Assembly (NCBI RefSeq): GCF_000014265.1
Contig: NC_008312.1
Coordinates: forward strand, 6,330,001-6,362,000
Direction of reading: 5' to 3'
DNA from: Trichodesmium erythraeum IMS101
GTDB lineage: Bacteria; Cyanobacteriota; Cyanobacteriia; Cyanobacteriales; Microcoleaceae
Length of the DNA stretch: 32,000 nucleotides
The notes under the pieces were generated by a model. That model was not told the origin of the DNA. It saw only the letters and a program-made list of their open reading frames with translations, and did no database searches. Made by a program: the position numbers and the translations under genes. Below are positions 16,579-24,667 of this stretch, piece after piece (position 1 is the first letter of the stretch; each line of letters opens with the position of its first letter).

Positions 16579-18238
16579 AATTATGCTGGGGCTACAATTT
16601 TATTTGGTATCAATTTCCTCAAGTATAATTACAGATAGTATTTTAATAATTAAATTATATCTTGTCAAAAAAACTAATGTCTTTTTTGCTAAATTTATGT
16701 CATAAATTTTTGATGATTATTCCTAAAATTTTTCAGAGATTGAGGATAGAATTTTTGATTTTTTTTCACTTCTATTCTTAGTCTTTTAATGGGATTAATT
16801 TGGGAAAAATAAGAGGATTAAAATAGTAATATGTTATCATAAAAAACTCATTTTTCTAAAACATTCTAAAAGCAAATATTTTGGTTTTTTTTACAGGATT
16901 ATTTCATAAAATTATAGATTTTTTTACTGTTGATACTGTTTTATTTTTTCACAAATAAACAGCTTTAATTTTTGATTTTTATTGAATTTTATCCCAAATT
17001 TTTAAGAGTGATTTTATAGTTTATGCCCATTGACTGATACCACTTTTAACTACTCTCAATATTAGGCATCTTCTTCTCTAATAATTGCTTTTCAAAGCGT
17101 AACCCAGATTTATAAAACTAATATCAGTGCGTAAAGATTAATGATATTGGTGTTTATTATTTTTGAGTACAAAGTTTTCTTAAAAACGAATTGCTCTGTG
17201 AGAGGAAAATATGATGGGGTAACCCTTACAGTAGCTACAGTTAGAAAGATAACTTTTTTGAGCTTGATATCGCTAAAAACTTTAGTTAGCAATAGTTATT
17301 CCTATAACTTGGCACTGTGAATATCTATTACTTTGATTTTTATGGGAATAGTAATAAAATTTTGTCTCTTAATTATAAGTAAATATATTATATAAGATTA
17401 GACGAAAATTGGCTGGGAAGTTAAATATTATTTTCTTTTCAGAACTATTAACTATATTAATTTCAGTTTTTTTACAAAAAAATTATAGTTTTGATACTGT
17501 TGACACCAATTAGGTTCTTATTAAATGTTTTAGTTATGTTAGATTCTGTAATATTAAAATCACTATTCTTTCTCACATTTTGTTTGTGCTGTGATTTTTG
17601 ATTATAGGTTTACCAAACAATTAGATTTTTTCAATAAAATAATGTATGTCTTACCACTAGGCAAATAGGAGATTTGAAAGTTAATTAAAAATTAACTATA
17701 TTTATTCAAAACTACGGATAAATAGGAATATTATAGCAGTATGAGTAGTTTAGAAAACTATGTAAATAAGTAACTTAGAGTTCCAAGATATTTGAAGCTT
17801 GAGTCTGAGATGAGTTAAAGAGTATAGTCCCTAGTCTTTAGTGAAAGAGGAAGCTAGCCCCAAACCTTATGCAATTCAATTTTACGGGTAAGTTTGGGTA
17901 ACTTTAGTAGAGGGCACAGAAATTTATAAATGCTCAAACTCCATCAGAACTTACTTCTAACTTTTGACTTCCCTCCCCTTACAGAAAAGGTAGCAAGTTC
18001 AATTTATTGTCACTAGAGAAAAATTGTATCCTTTGAAACCTCATTAAATCTCAGATATGTTATTAGCATTAGTTAAGCAACAATAGATATAAATATTCTC
18101 TGACAACAAAGACTAGCCCTATTTTTAGGAGGGTTAAAATTAAATTACGTGTAGCCCTATAGTAGCTTCCCTACTAATAATTTTTGATTAAGTTTGGGAG
18201 CAAATTACAAAATATATAAATAATTCAGAGGTTAAGCC

Positions 18239-18964
18239 ATGACTAACATTCTCAAGTCTCGTCTAAATAAAGAACAAACCACTGCTTGGTTACGAGGACT
18301 AATGACTATTGCTTATGCAGATGGAAAGCTTGATGCTACAGAAAAGGATTTATTTGACCACTTTAGTCATGATGAGTTTGCTTCAGAAATTGAAATCTCA
18401 GAACTCCAAACTATTAGCCCAGATGAGCTAGCTAAGATTTTTAGGTATGATTCCAGCATAGCAGAAAACTTTATGAGAACTGCTGTAATGGTGGCTTTGG
18501 CAGATGGGGTTTACTCTAGTATTGAGGATGAAGTACTTCATAAATATTGTGAAGCCTTGGGACTAAAGGTTAAGGCTTTAGAAGCGCTGCGAAAGAATTT
18601 GGAACAAGCTAAGGAAGAAGCGGAAAATTATGACCTTAAAGGTTGGTTAGAAGGGACAGAAGATACTAATAATTCTGTTATTGCCCATGATCCTGAGCAT
18701 GATAGAACTATACTCGCTCCAATTAAAGATTGGCTGGATAATTGGGAGATTAATGACTCAAAAGTGGCTCACATGGTTTGTAAAATGATTCCGTCTGAAT
18801 GTCCATTTGAGCGAGATGTTGTGATTTTTGGTAAGAAAGTAGCCCATATTCCAGCTATGTGCAAACTTAACCCGGTTTATGATCAGTTGGTTGGTTTGCG
18901 CTTCCGTGCTTTGTCTTATTTGGCAGATGAATGTAAAGAAGATATTTCTAAGTATTATCAGTAA
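18239..18964 (+). CDS. TerB-like N-terminal domain fused to a Mo-dependent nitrogenase C-terminal-like (Mo-nitro_C) domain
   Basis: 241 aa. Two ADG-type TerB motifs (MTIAYADGKLDATEKDLF; VMVALADGVYSSIEDEVL). The C-terminal IKDWLDNWEINDSKVAHMVCKMIPSECPFERDVVIFGKKVAHIPAMCKLNPVYDQLVGLRFRALSYLADEC matches my memory of the cyanobacterial Mo-nitro_C family. Confidence 0.75.
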   Translation: MTNILKSRLNKEQTTAWLRGLMTIAYADGKLDATEKDLFDHFSHDEFASEIEISELQTISPDELAKIFRYDSSIAENFMRTAVMVALADGVYSSIEDEVLHKYCEALGLKVKALEALRKNLEQAKEEAENYDLKGWLEGTEDTNNSVIAHDPEHDRTILAPIKDWLDNWEINDSKVAHMVCKMIPSECPFERDVVIFGKKVAHIPAMCKLNPVYDQLVGLRFRALSYLADECKEDISKYYQ

Positions 18965-18970
18965 ATATTG

Positions 18971-19012
18971 TTAGAAGGTGGAGGGTAGAGAGTAGAGAAT
19001 AGGGAATAGGAG
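18971..19012 (+). repeat. STRR-like heptamer array (ttagaag gtggagg gtagaga gtagaga ataggga ataggag)
   Basis: Strict 7-nt register, starting 7 nt after the stop of the preceding gene. A partial inverted counterpart (cctactctttactccct) lies at 19174-19190. Confidence 0.6.
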
Positions 19013-19314
19013 GTAATTACAGAAGATTTTAATTATATAAAATACAAATATTAATGATAAGATTTTTGTATGGTAGACGTCTTCCATGATAACTCTACCT
19101 CCCCTAAGATAAAGTCTTCTGTAAAATTTAAAAGACAATTTGAAAATCTTATAAGTTAATGACTTTGTTTTTTCCTACTCTTTACTCCCTGAGTTTAAAA
19201 AATGATTATTGGTCTGATGAAAAAATTTCAAAACTGATAACAAAATATTTTTTCTTATTCTCTAGTTTTGTCCTGTTGCCTTAATTATTTTTTTCTTTCT
19301 CTTTAATACTTATT

Positions 19315-20373
19315 ATGCAATTCATTGACCAAGCAGAAATTCAAGTAGAAGCTGGTAAAGGTGGCGATGGCATGGTTGCCTTTCGTCGTGAAAAGTTTGT
19401 GCCGGCAGGAGGGCCTGCGGGTGGTAATGGTGGTCGTGGGGGTTCTGTTGTTTTAGTGGCGGTTGCTAATTTGCAAACTTTGTTAGATTTTAAGTTTCAG
19501 CGTGTGTTTAAGGCGGAAAATGGCAAGCGCGGGGGGCCGAAAAATATGACTGGGGCCGGAGGAAGCGATCGCTTAATTGAAGTGCCTCCTGGTACTATGA
19601 TTTATGATAGGGAAACTGAAGAATTATTGGGAGACTTAGTGAAACCGGGGCAAACTTGTTGTGTGGCTCAAGGTGGTAAGGGTGGTTTGGGAAATAAACA
19701 TTTTCTCAGTAATAGTAACCGCGCTCCTGAATATGCTTTGCCTGGGTTGGACGGTGAAGTCAGAATGTTGAGGTTAGAGTTGAAGTTACTGGCTGAGGTG
19801 GGAATTATTGGTTTGCCTAATGCGGGAAAGTCTACTTTAATTGCTGCTCTTTCTGCAGCTCGTCCAAAAATTGCTGACTATCCTTTTACTACTTTGGTAC
19901 CAAATTTGGGGGTTGTGAGAAAACCCACGGGAGATGGTACTGTTTTTGCTGATATTCCAGGTTTAATTGAAGGTGCTTCTGCTGGTTTGGGTTTGGGGCA
20001 TGAGTTTTTGAGGCACATTGAGCGGACTCGGTTATTGTTACATTTGGTTGATATTACGGATGTTGATCCGGTGGAGAATTTTGAGACTATTCAAAATGAG
20101 TTAGAAGTTTATGGGCGAAGTTTGGAGGATAAGCGGCAAGTTTTGGCTTTAAATAAGGTTGATGCGGTTGATGTGAAGGGTGCAGAAATACAAGAGTTGG
20201 TGAATAGGTTTAGGGAGATAAGTGGGGGAAAGGTTTTTCTAATTTCTGCTGTTGCGGGTATTGGTTTGGAGGAGTTGATGCAGGAAATTTGGGGGTTGTT
20301 GGAGATGGAGGAAGAGGTTAAGTCTTCGGAGCTAACCCCCACACCTCCTTTAGTTTCTAGGGAAGAAAGTTGA
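19315..20373 (+). CDS. obg: GTPase Obg/CgtA
   Basis: 352 aa. Glycine-rich Obg fold [46 protein letters not shown]1 [10 protein letters not shown]3 [10 protein letters not shown]4 NKVD. Confidence 0.95.
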   Translation: MQFIDQAEIQVEAGKGGDGMVAFRREKFVPAGGPAGGNGGRGGSVVLVAVANLQTLLDFKFQRVFKAENGKRGGPKNMTGAGGSDRLIEVPPGTMIYDRETEELLGDLVKPGQTCCVAQGGKGGLGNKHFLSNSNRAPEYALPGLDGEVRMLRLELKLLAEVGIIGLPNAGKSTLIAALSAARPKIADYPFTTLVPNLGVVRKPTGDGTVFADIPGLIEGASAGLGLGHEFLRHIERTRLLLHLVDITDVDPVENFETIQNELEVYGRSLEDKRQVLALNKVDAVDVKGAEIQELVNRFREISGGKVFLISAVAGIGLEELMQEIWGLLEMEEEVKSSELTPTPPLVSREES

Positions 20374-20376
20374 GTT

Positions 20377-20407
20377 TCTCCTGTTTTTGCAGGGGATGGT
20401 TTTTTTC
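20377..20407 (+). terminator. Candidate intrinsic terminator after obg
   Basis: ctcctg / cagggg stem with one G-U pair and a T-rich loop, followed by atggttttttt. Confidence 0.4.
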
Positions 20408-20461
20408 AGAAGATAGTAATGGAAGTTGGGTTTGACTACTGTTGTACCCAACCTACAAATT

Positions 20462-21073
20462 CTAATAGCAATATTTTTCATCTTTGGGTTTAGGTTGATC
20501 TTTTGATATTCGCATTTTTCCTAAAAGGGTAGAAACCAATACACAGCGTTTTGCTTTACCTCCACTCTGAAGAGATAAAGTGAGACGTCCTAACTGACCG
20601 TTGACATGACCTTTGTGGTTAAATTGCACCCTCCATATATTGCTTGAAGGGTATTTACTTGAGGGGTATTTGTACAGGGTTGTTTCATCATCTACTTGTA
20701 CAAATGAGTTTAGGTTTTCCCAGTTAGCTTTTTCAGGCTCAACCGTTGCCTGGTGAACTGCCCATTTAATTGTTTTGCCTTGTTCTTGTTGAAAACTTGC
20801 TTGCCAGGTCGTTTTATGTTGGATAGCTTTTGTCTGTGCAGTTTTAATTATTTGATATGCCCTGTTATTGGAAGCACGAAGGCGTTGGTTGTTGATCAAA
20901 GCACTCCAGCCAGGAGCAGCGATCGCTGCCAGAGCACCTATCATTGAAACTGTAATCATTAATTCTATCATACTAAATCCTGCTTTTTCTGGCTTTAGTA
21001 ACTTTTCTGATAGACTCCGATGAATTTTTTTAACAATAGTTGATTTTAAAGATAGTGATGCATTTCTTTTCAC
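20462..21073 (-). CDS. Prepilin-type N-terminal cleavage/methylation domain pseudopilin (GspH/FimT-like), paralog of the HpsD-like gene
   Basis: 203 aa with a GTG start. Class III signal ...EKAG|FSMIELMITVSMIGALAAIAAPGW followed by SALINNQRLRASNNRAYQIIKTAQ. C-terminal strand CVLVSTLLGKMRI. Confidence 0.8.
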   Translation of the reverse strand: MKRNASLSLKSTIVKKIHRSLSEKLLKPEKAGFSMIELMITVSMIGALAAIAAPGWSALINNQRLRASNNRAYQIIKTAQTKAIQHKTTWQASFQQEQGKTIKWAVHQATVEPEKANWENLNSFVQVDDETTLYKYPSSKYPSSNIWRVQFNHKGHVNGQLGRLTLSLQSGGKAKRCVLVSTLLGKMRISKDQPKPKDEKYCY

Positions 21074-21648
21074 TTTGACCCCGATATTCTAATATTTATT
21101 TATTTGATTTGAAGTTATTATTTTAGTAATTAAAAATTTTATGTCAAACATAGAATATGGTGATATCAAACAAACTTTTAAAAAAATTGCTATGCTTAAA
21201 TTTGATATTTATAAAGACTATTTATTAATATAAATCTATTCTTAACTAATTTCTGTGGTTTATCTAATTATTTTTACTGCCCTCAGTAGAATAGCGCTAC
21301 TTTCGAGAAATAGTAGGATATCTATTTACAATTATATACCTTTTAAAACCCTTCTTAAAAGTGTTCTTAAAAAATGTTCAAATTCCCCATATCTCCATCT
21401 CCCCAGTTTATATACAAAATATTAAGTAACTAACGTCTTAGAAATTAAGGGATAAATATTTTTTTGCTTTTTGCCCATCCTAAATCCTCTTTTCCCTACT
21501 TCCTACTGCCGAAAACCCTCAATATTATGTACTTCATAATTTGGGAAAAAAGGTGATGTTTTTGAAGACAAAAAAAACTGCCCTGTCGTTAGCCGGAGGT
21601 GGTATTGACAAAGCAGTCGTTTTGTGGTAAATTTCAGCTAAAGTTAAA

Positions 21649-22359
21649 TTATGGGCATCCTTCTCCTTTACTTGAATTAAACTCTCCCTCTTCTATTCTC
21701 ATGCTACCTAAGATAGTTTCAATAATTACGCATCGTTTAAAAGCATCCTCCTTTGCCGTAGAAACACTAACAGCAAAAGGCAGTTCTTGGGGTAGTTCTT
21801 GGTCATCTACTTCTACTGCGCCTAAATTGTCAAACTGAATTACACCATCTTCATCGTCTTTATAAGCTTTACAATTACCATCATCATCTTTAGTTTCACA
21901 TTCTTTTACAGATAACTTAACCATTCCTGGCTTAATTTCACCATTAGCCCTTAAAGAATTCCATAAAAAACCATCAGAACCATCAGCATCGTTCTTAGGA
22001 TAAGTTTCGCTAGGAGGATCCTCATCATCCCCAGGAGGATCATAAATAACAAACCTTGGTGGATCGTTATAAGGTTTATTTGTGTCAGGATCTTTTTCAT
22101 CATTGTAGCGGAATTGAAGTCTTTTCTTTACCTTCGTTGACTTAGCATCACTTTGTGCTGCCCTTAAGGCTTGAAGGACCCCATTATTAACTGTGCGGGT
22201 GCGTTGTCTATTGATAAAAGCATTCCAGCCGGGGAGAGCGATCGTGCTCAATATTCCTATGATCAGCACTACGAATATTAATTCTATTATAGTAAAACCT
22301 GTAGTAGATGTTTTTGGCTGGTTTCGTAGTAACGTTTTAAATAAATTCAGAGGTTTCAT
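21649..22359 (-). CDS. hpsD: Pseudopilin with prepilin-type signal, HpsD-like (GspH/FimT-like N-terminal region, acidic D/E/P-rich middle)
   Basis: 236 aa with an ATG start. ...TSTTG|FTIIELIFVVLIIGILSTIALPGWNAFINRQRTRTVNNGVLQALRAAQ. C-terminal CVIIETILGSMRI. The symbol is inferred from position and size relative to the HpsA-like gene. Confidence 0.7.
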   Translation of the reverse strand: MKPLNLFKTLLRNQPKTSTTGFTIIELIFVVLIIGILSTIALPGWNAFINRQRTRTVNNGVLQALRAAQSDAKSTKVKKRLQFRYNDEKDPDTNKPYNDPPRFVIYDPPGDDEDPPSETYPKNDADGSDGFLWNSLRANGEIKPGMVKLSVKECETKDDDGNCKAYKDDEDGVIQFDNLGAVEVDDQELPQELPFAVSVSTAKEDAFKRCVIIETILGSMRIEEGEFNSSKGEGCP

Positions 22360-22421
22360 ATTAGTTTTTTATCTAGATAGTCTGAAAATCTTTTTGATTT
22401 TTTGTGGTATTTATACTCGTA

Positions 22422-23438
22422 CTATTCCCCAAAGCCACTACGCGGTCCCACTTGTGCAGTTGCTTTTGGACAATATGGAGATTTTTTATACGTTGGAGGA
22501 GTTGTCGAATTGTCTTCTATGCAACTGAAGCCATCTCGACGGCGGCGCATAGCATTACCTAGAATTGTGACTCTAGCTAGCGTTTTACCTTTTGCTAATT
22601 CTGTTTGCTTTATTTCAGAGTCTTTTGTATAGTCACTTGCCGAGTCTAGGGTAAAGTCTTCTATGTAATTTACTAATACAACCGGGCTGTTACTGTAGTC
22701 TTCACCTTCTTTTTTAGTCCAGCCAGTAGGATTACTGTTATCATAGGAAGTGTAGCCCAAGTCTCGTTTAAATTTCTTTTTACTTCCTGAGCATTCTTCT
22801 GAGCGACCGTCAGTACCACAGAAATAGTTACCCCAATAATCTTTTACCCCATCCTGTATTTCAAACCTAGCTATGCGCTTGGGGCAACTACTACCAGATG
22901 GCTGACACCAGATGCTATTCTTATCCTGCTCTTCTATTAAATAATAAATAACTAACGACTGGACAAAGCCGTCGTCACACTTATTTTCATCTGCCGGACA
23001 ATTAATAGACGTATCCTTATCGTCAATAGGTATAGAATGTTCTATAAACTTTCGCTTCCAGAAAACAAGGATAGGGTCTTTGTCCTCATCCTCAGAGTGC
23101 GGTAGTTGCTTAATAAAATCATCATAGCTAGGGATAGGAGGAGTTTTGCCTGGTTCTCCAACATAGTCAGGCTCATAAACATAAAACGCTTGACTCATAT
23201 CCTGAGCAATATAGCTAATAGCCGTTTGTAGCTCCTGCTCACTGTTAGCCTTTGCCTGCTCCCCCACATCTCGGTTGAGCATATCTACGGCAAAGGTCAA
23301 TATTGGTACAATAATTATGCTCGCCACAGCTGTTGCTACTAGCAGTTCAGTCATTGTGAAACCACTTGTTAAATTGCTGGCTTTTTGTAGCTTGCTATTT
23401 GATAGGGCTTTTATTAGTAGTTTTTGCAAGTTGTACAT
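22422..23438 (-). CDS. hpsC: Pseudopilin with prepilin-type signal, HpsC-like
   Basis: ORF frame 22422..23543. The 23543 start is a TTG that would overlap the upstream gene by 52 nt, so I prefer the ATG at 23438 (MYNLQKLLIKALSNSKLQKASNLTSG|FTMTELLVATAVASIIIVPIL). Cys-rich globular part. The symbol is inferred from synteny and size. Confidence 0.7.
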   Translation of the reverse strand: MYNLQKLLIKALSNSKLQKASNLTSGFTMTELLVATAVASIIIVPILTFAVDMLNRDVGEQAKANSEQELQTAISYIAQDMSQAFYVYEPDYVGEPGKTPPIPSYDDFIKQLPHSEDEDKDPILVFWKRKFIEHSIPIDDKDTSINCPADENKCDDGFVQSLVIYYLIEEQDKNSIWCQPSGSSCPKRIARFEIQDGVKDYWGNYFCGTDGRSEECSGSKKKFKRDLGYTSYDNSNPTGWTKKEGEDYSNSPVVLVNYIEDFTLDSASDYTKDSEIKQTELAKGKTLARVTILGNAMRRRRDGFSCIEDNSTTPPTYKKSPYCPKATAQVGPRSGFGE

Positions 23439-23491
23439 TGTAAATACATTTCCAAACTTTTTAAGAGTTATTATCCGTGTTAGTCGTCTTT

Positions 23492-24223
23492 TTATTCTGT
23501 GCCACAATGTTTTTCTGAGTGTTTGTCTTTCACGCGATCGCAAATATTTTTAAATGAACCATAGAGTTTCTTTGGAGCTATCTCTGTTGTTGTTTTAAAC
23601 AGTGCCCTTTCTTTATCGCCATATCTAGTAGCCAACCCTGCATTATTAGAATAAGTCGATATGGTCTCATTCAACAGCTCAAACCCTTCGACGCCCCCAC
23701 CCCTATAAACCCACACAAATAATTCGTAGCCATACTCAGGTTTCTCGTAATCCCCATGAAACCCTACAGCATATACAATCATATCTGTCAACCCTTTGCA
23801 GTCACCTCCGTCTCCTCCATCAACGCAGTATAAGTTGGAAGCAACTCCAAGGTGATTTACAGCTGTTTTACAATACTTCTTTGGGTTTAGTTTTTTGAGG
23901 TCTAGATCTTTGCAGTCTAGCTCTGTTGGAACCTTTACCCCTTGAACTGTGCTCCATCCCTCTGGATCAGTGAGAGCTATTTTTGGAGGCTCTATATCCC
24001 CTTGCCTCACAGCATCAATATAACTCCTGGCCGCTTGCGTCGCCAGTTCGACCCGTCGTGCCTGCACCCGCCTCCCCACTGATAAAGCAACAACCGGAGC
24101 AATAGCGCTCATTGTTGTCGCTACGAGAACCATCGCCACCAACCCTTCCAGGATAGTGTAACCTGAATTAGGATTAGTTTGTTGCCATTTTAGGATTTTT
24201 TGCTGAATTTGTTGTTTATTCAT
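23492..24223 (-). CDS. hpsB: Pseudopilin with prepilin-type signal, HpsB-like
   Basis: 243 aa with an ATG start and a GGAG-type RBS (gagggagctATG). MNKQQIQQKILKWQQTNPNSG|YTILEGLVAMVLVATTMSAIAPVV. The symbol is inferred from synteny and size. Confidence 0.7.
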   Translation of the reverse strand: MNKQQIQQKILKWQQTNPNSGYTILEGLVAMVLVATTMSAIAPVVALSVGRRVQARRVELATQAARSYIDAVRQGDIEPPKIALTDPEGWSTVQGVKVPTELDCKDLDLKKLNPKKYCKTAVNHLGVASNLYCVDGGDGGDCKGLTDMIVYAVGFHGDYEKPEYGYELFVWVYRGGGVEGFELLNETISTYSNNAGLATRYGDKERALFKTTTEIAPKKLYGSFKNICDRVKDKHSEKHCGTE

Positions 24224-24334
24224 AGCTCCCTCATAAAACTGATATAAAACCTCATAACAAGTAACATTTTTATGTTTACTTCCTACCTTGGCTGAGACCG
24301 CCGGCGGTTACTCACCCACAAGTATTAATACTCA

Positions 24335-24343
24335 AGTATACCC
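24335..24343 (-). promoter_or_regulatory. Candidate -10 region GGGTATACT (minus strand), about 110 nt upstream of the hpsB-like start
   Basis: Plus strand reads agtataccc. It is the same 9-mer as at 6227-6235 and contains TATACT. Confidence 0.3.
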
Positions 24344-24538
24344 CATTTTTTTCAATTAATGCTTGCATATCTACGGGGTCTATAGAAACTCGACGGTTAG
24401 GGCCATCATAAGCCCTGAGATTCAATAGCATATCTTTAACATCACCACACCTACTTTTTTGATTTAATTATATTTTGCCAAATATTGCAGAAAGAGGTAA
24501 TAGGATAGATAGAAAATTTTAAGGATAAGACTCACGAA

Positions 24539-24605
24539 GAAACCGGGTTGATCAAATAAATTTTGTGGTTTAAACAACAACAACTATGGGAATAAACCCG
24601 GTTCC
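24539..24605 (-). terminator. Long-loop hairpin about 60 nt after the hpsA-like stop; candidate attenuator, terminator or processing site
   Basis: aaccgggtt (24541-24549) pairs with aacccggtt (24595-24603), with a ~45-nt loop. It shares the 13-mer aagaaaccgggtt with the hairpin at 3526-3599. Confidence 0.3.
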
Positions 24606-24667
24606 TTATTTGGGTGCGTGAGCCTTGAAATCTTGACCTCTACAAGATGTCTATTGATTTTTAGGTT

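Noticed and set aside
17110-17292. 60-aa minus-strand ORF in the 2.4-kb gap.
   Set aside because: It sits at the minimum length, has I/L/K/F/V-rich low complexity as expected by chance in AT-rich DNA, and has no RBS or motif.
20109-23553. ORFs 20109-20342, 20753-20947, 21599-21838, 22193-22528, 22402-22632 and 23275-23553.
   Set aside because: They are antisense to, or overlap, obg and the pseudopilin genes. 22402-22632 spans the hpsC 3' end and the spacer with no RBS.
24312-24431. 39-aa minus-strand ORF between the hpsA-like and hpsB-like genes, considered as a real gene.
   Set aside because: It is not listed as a feature. It is short, has a weak RBS, and overlaps the promoter-like GGGTATACT element. 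It is kept only as an alternative reading in a finding.
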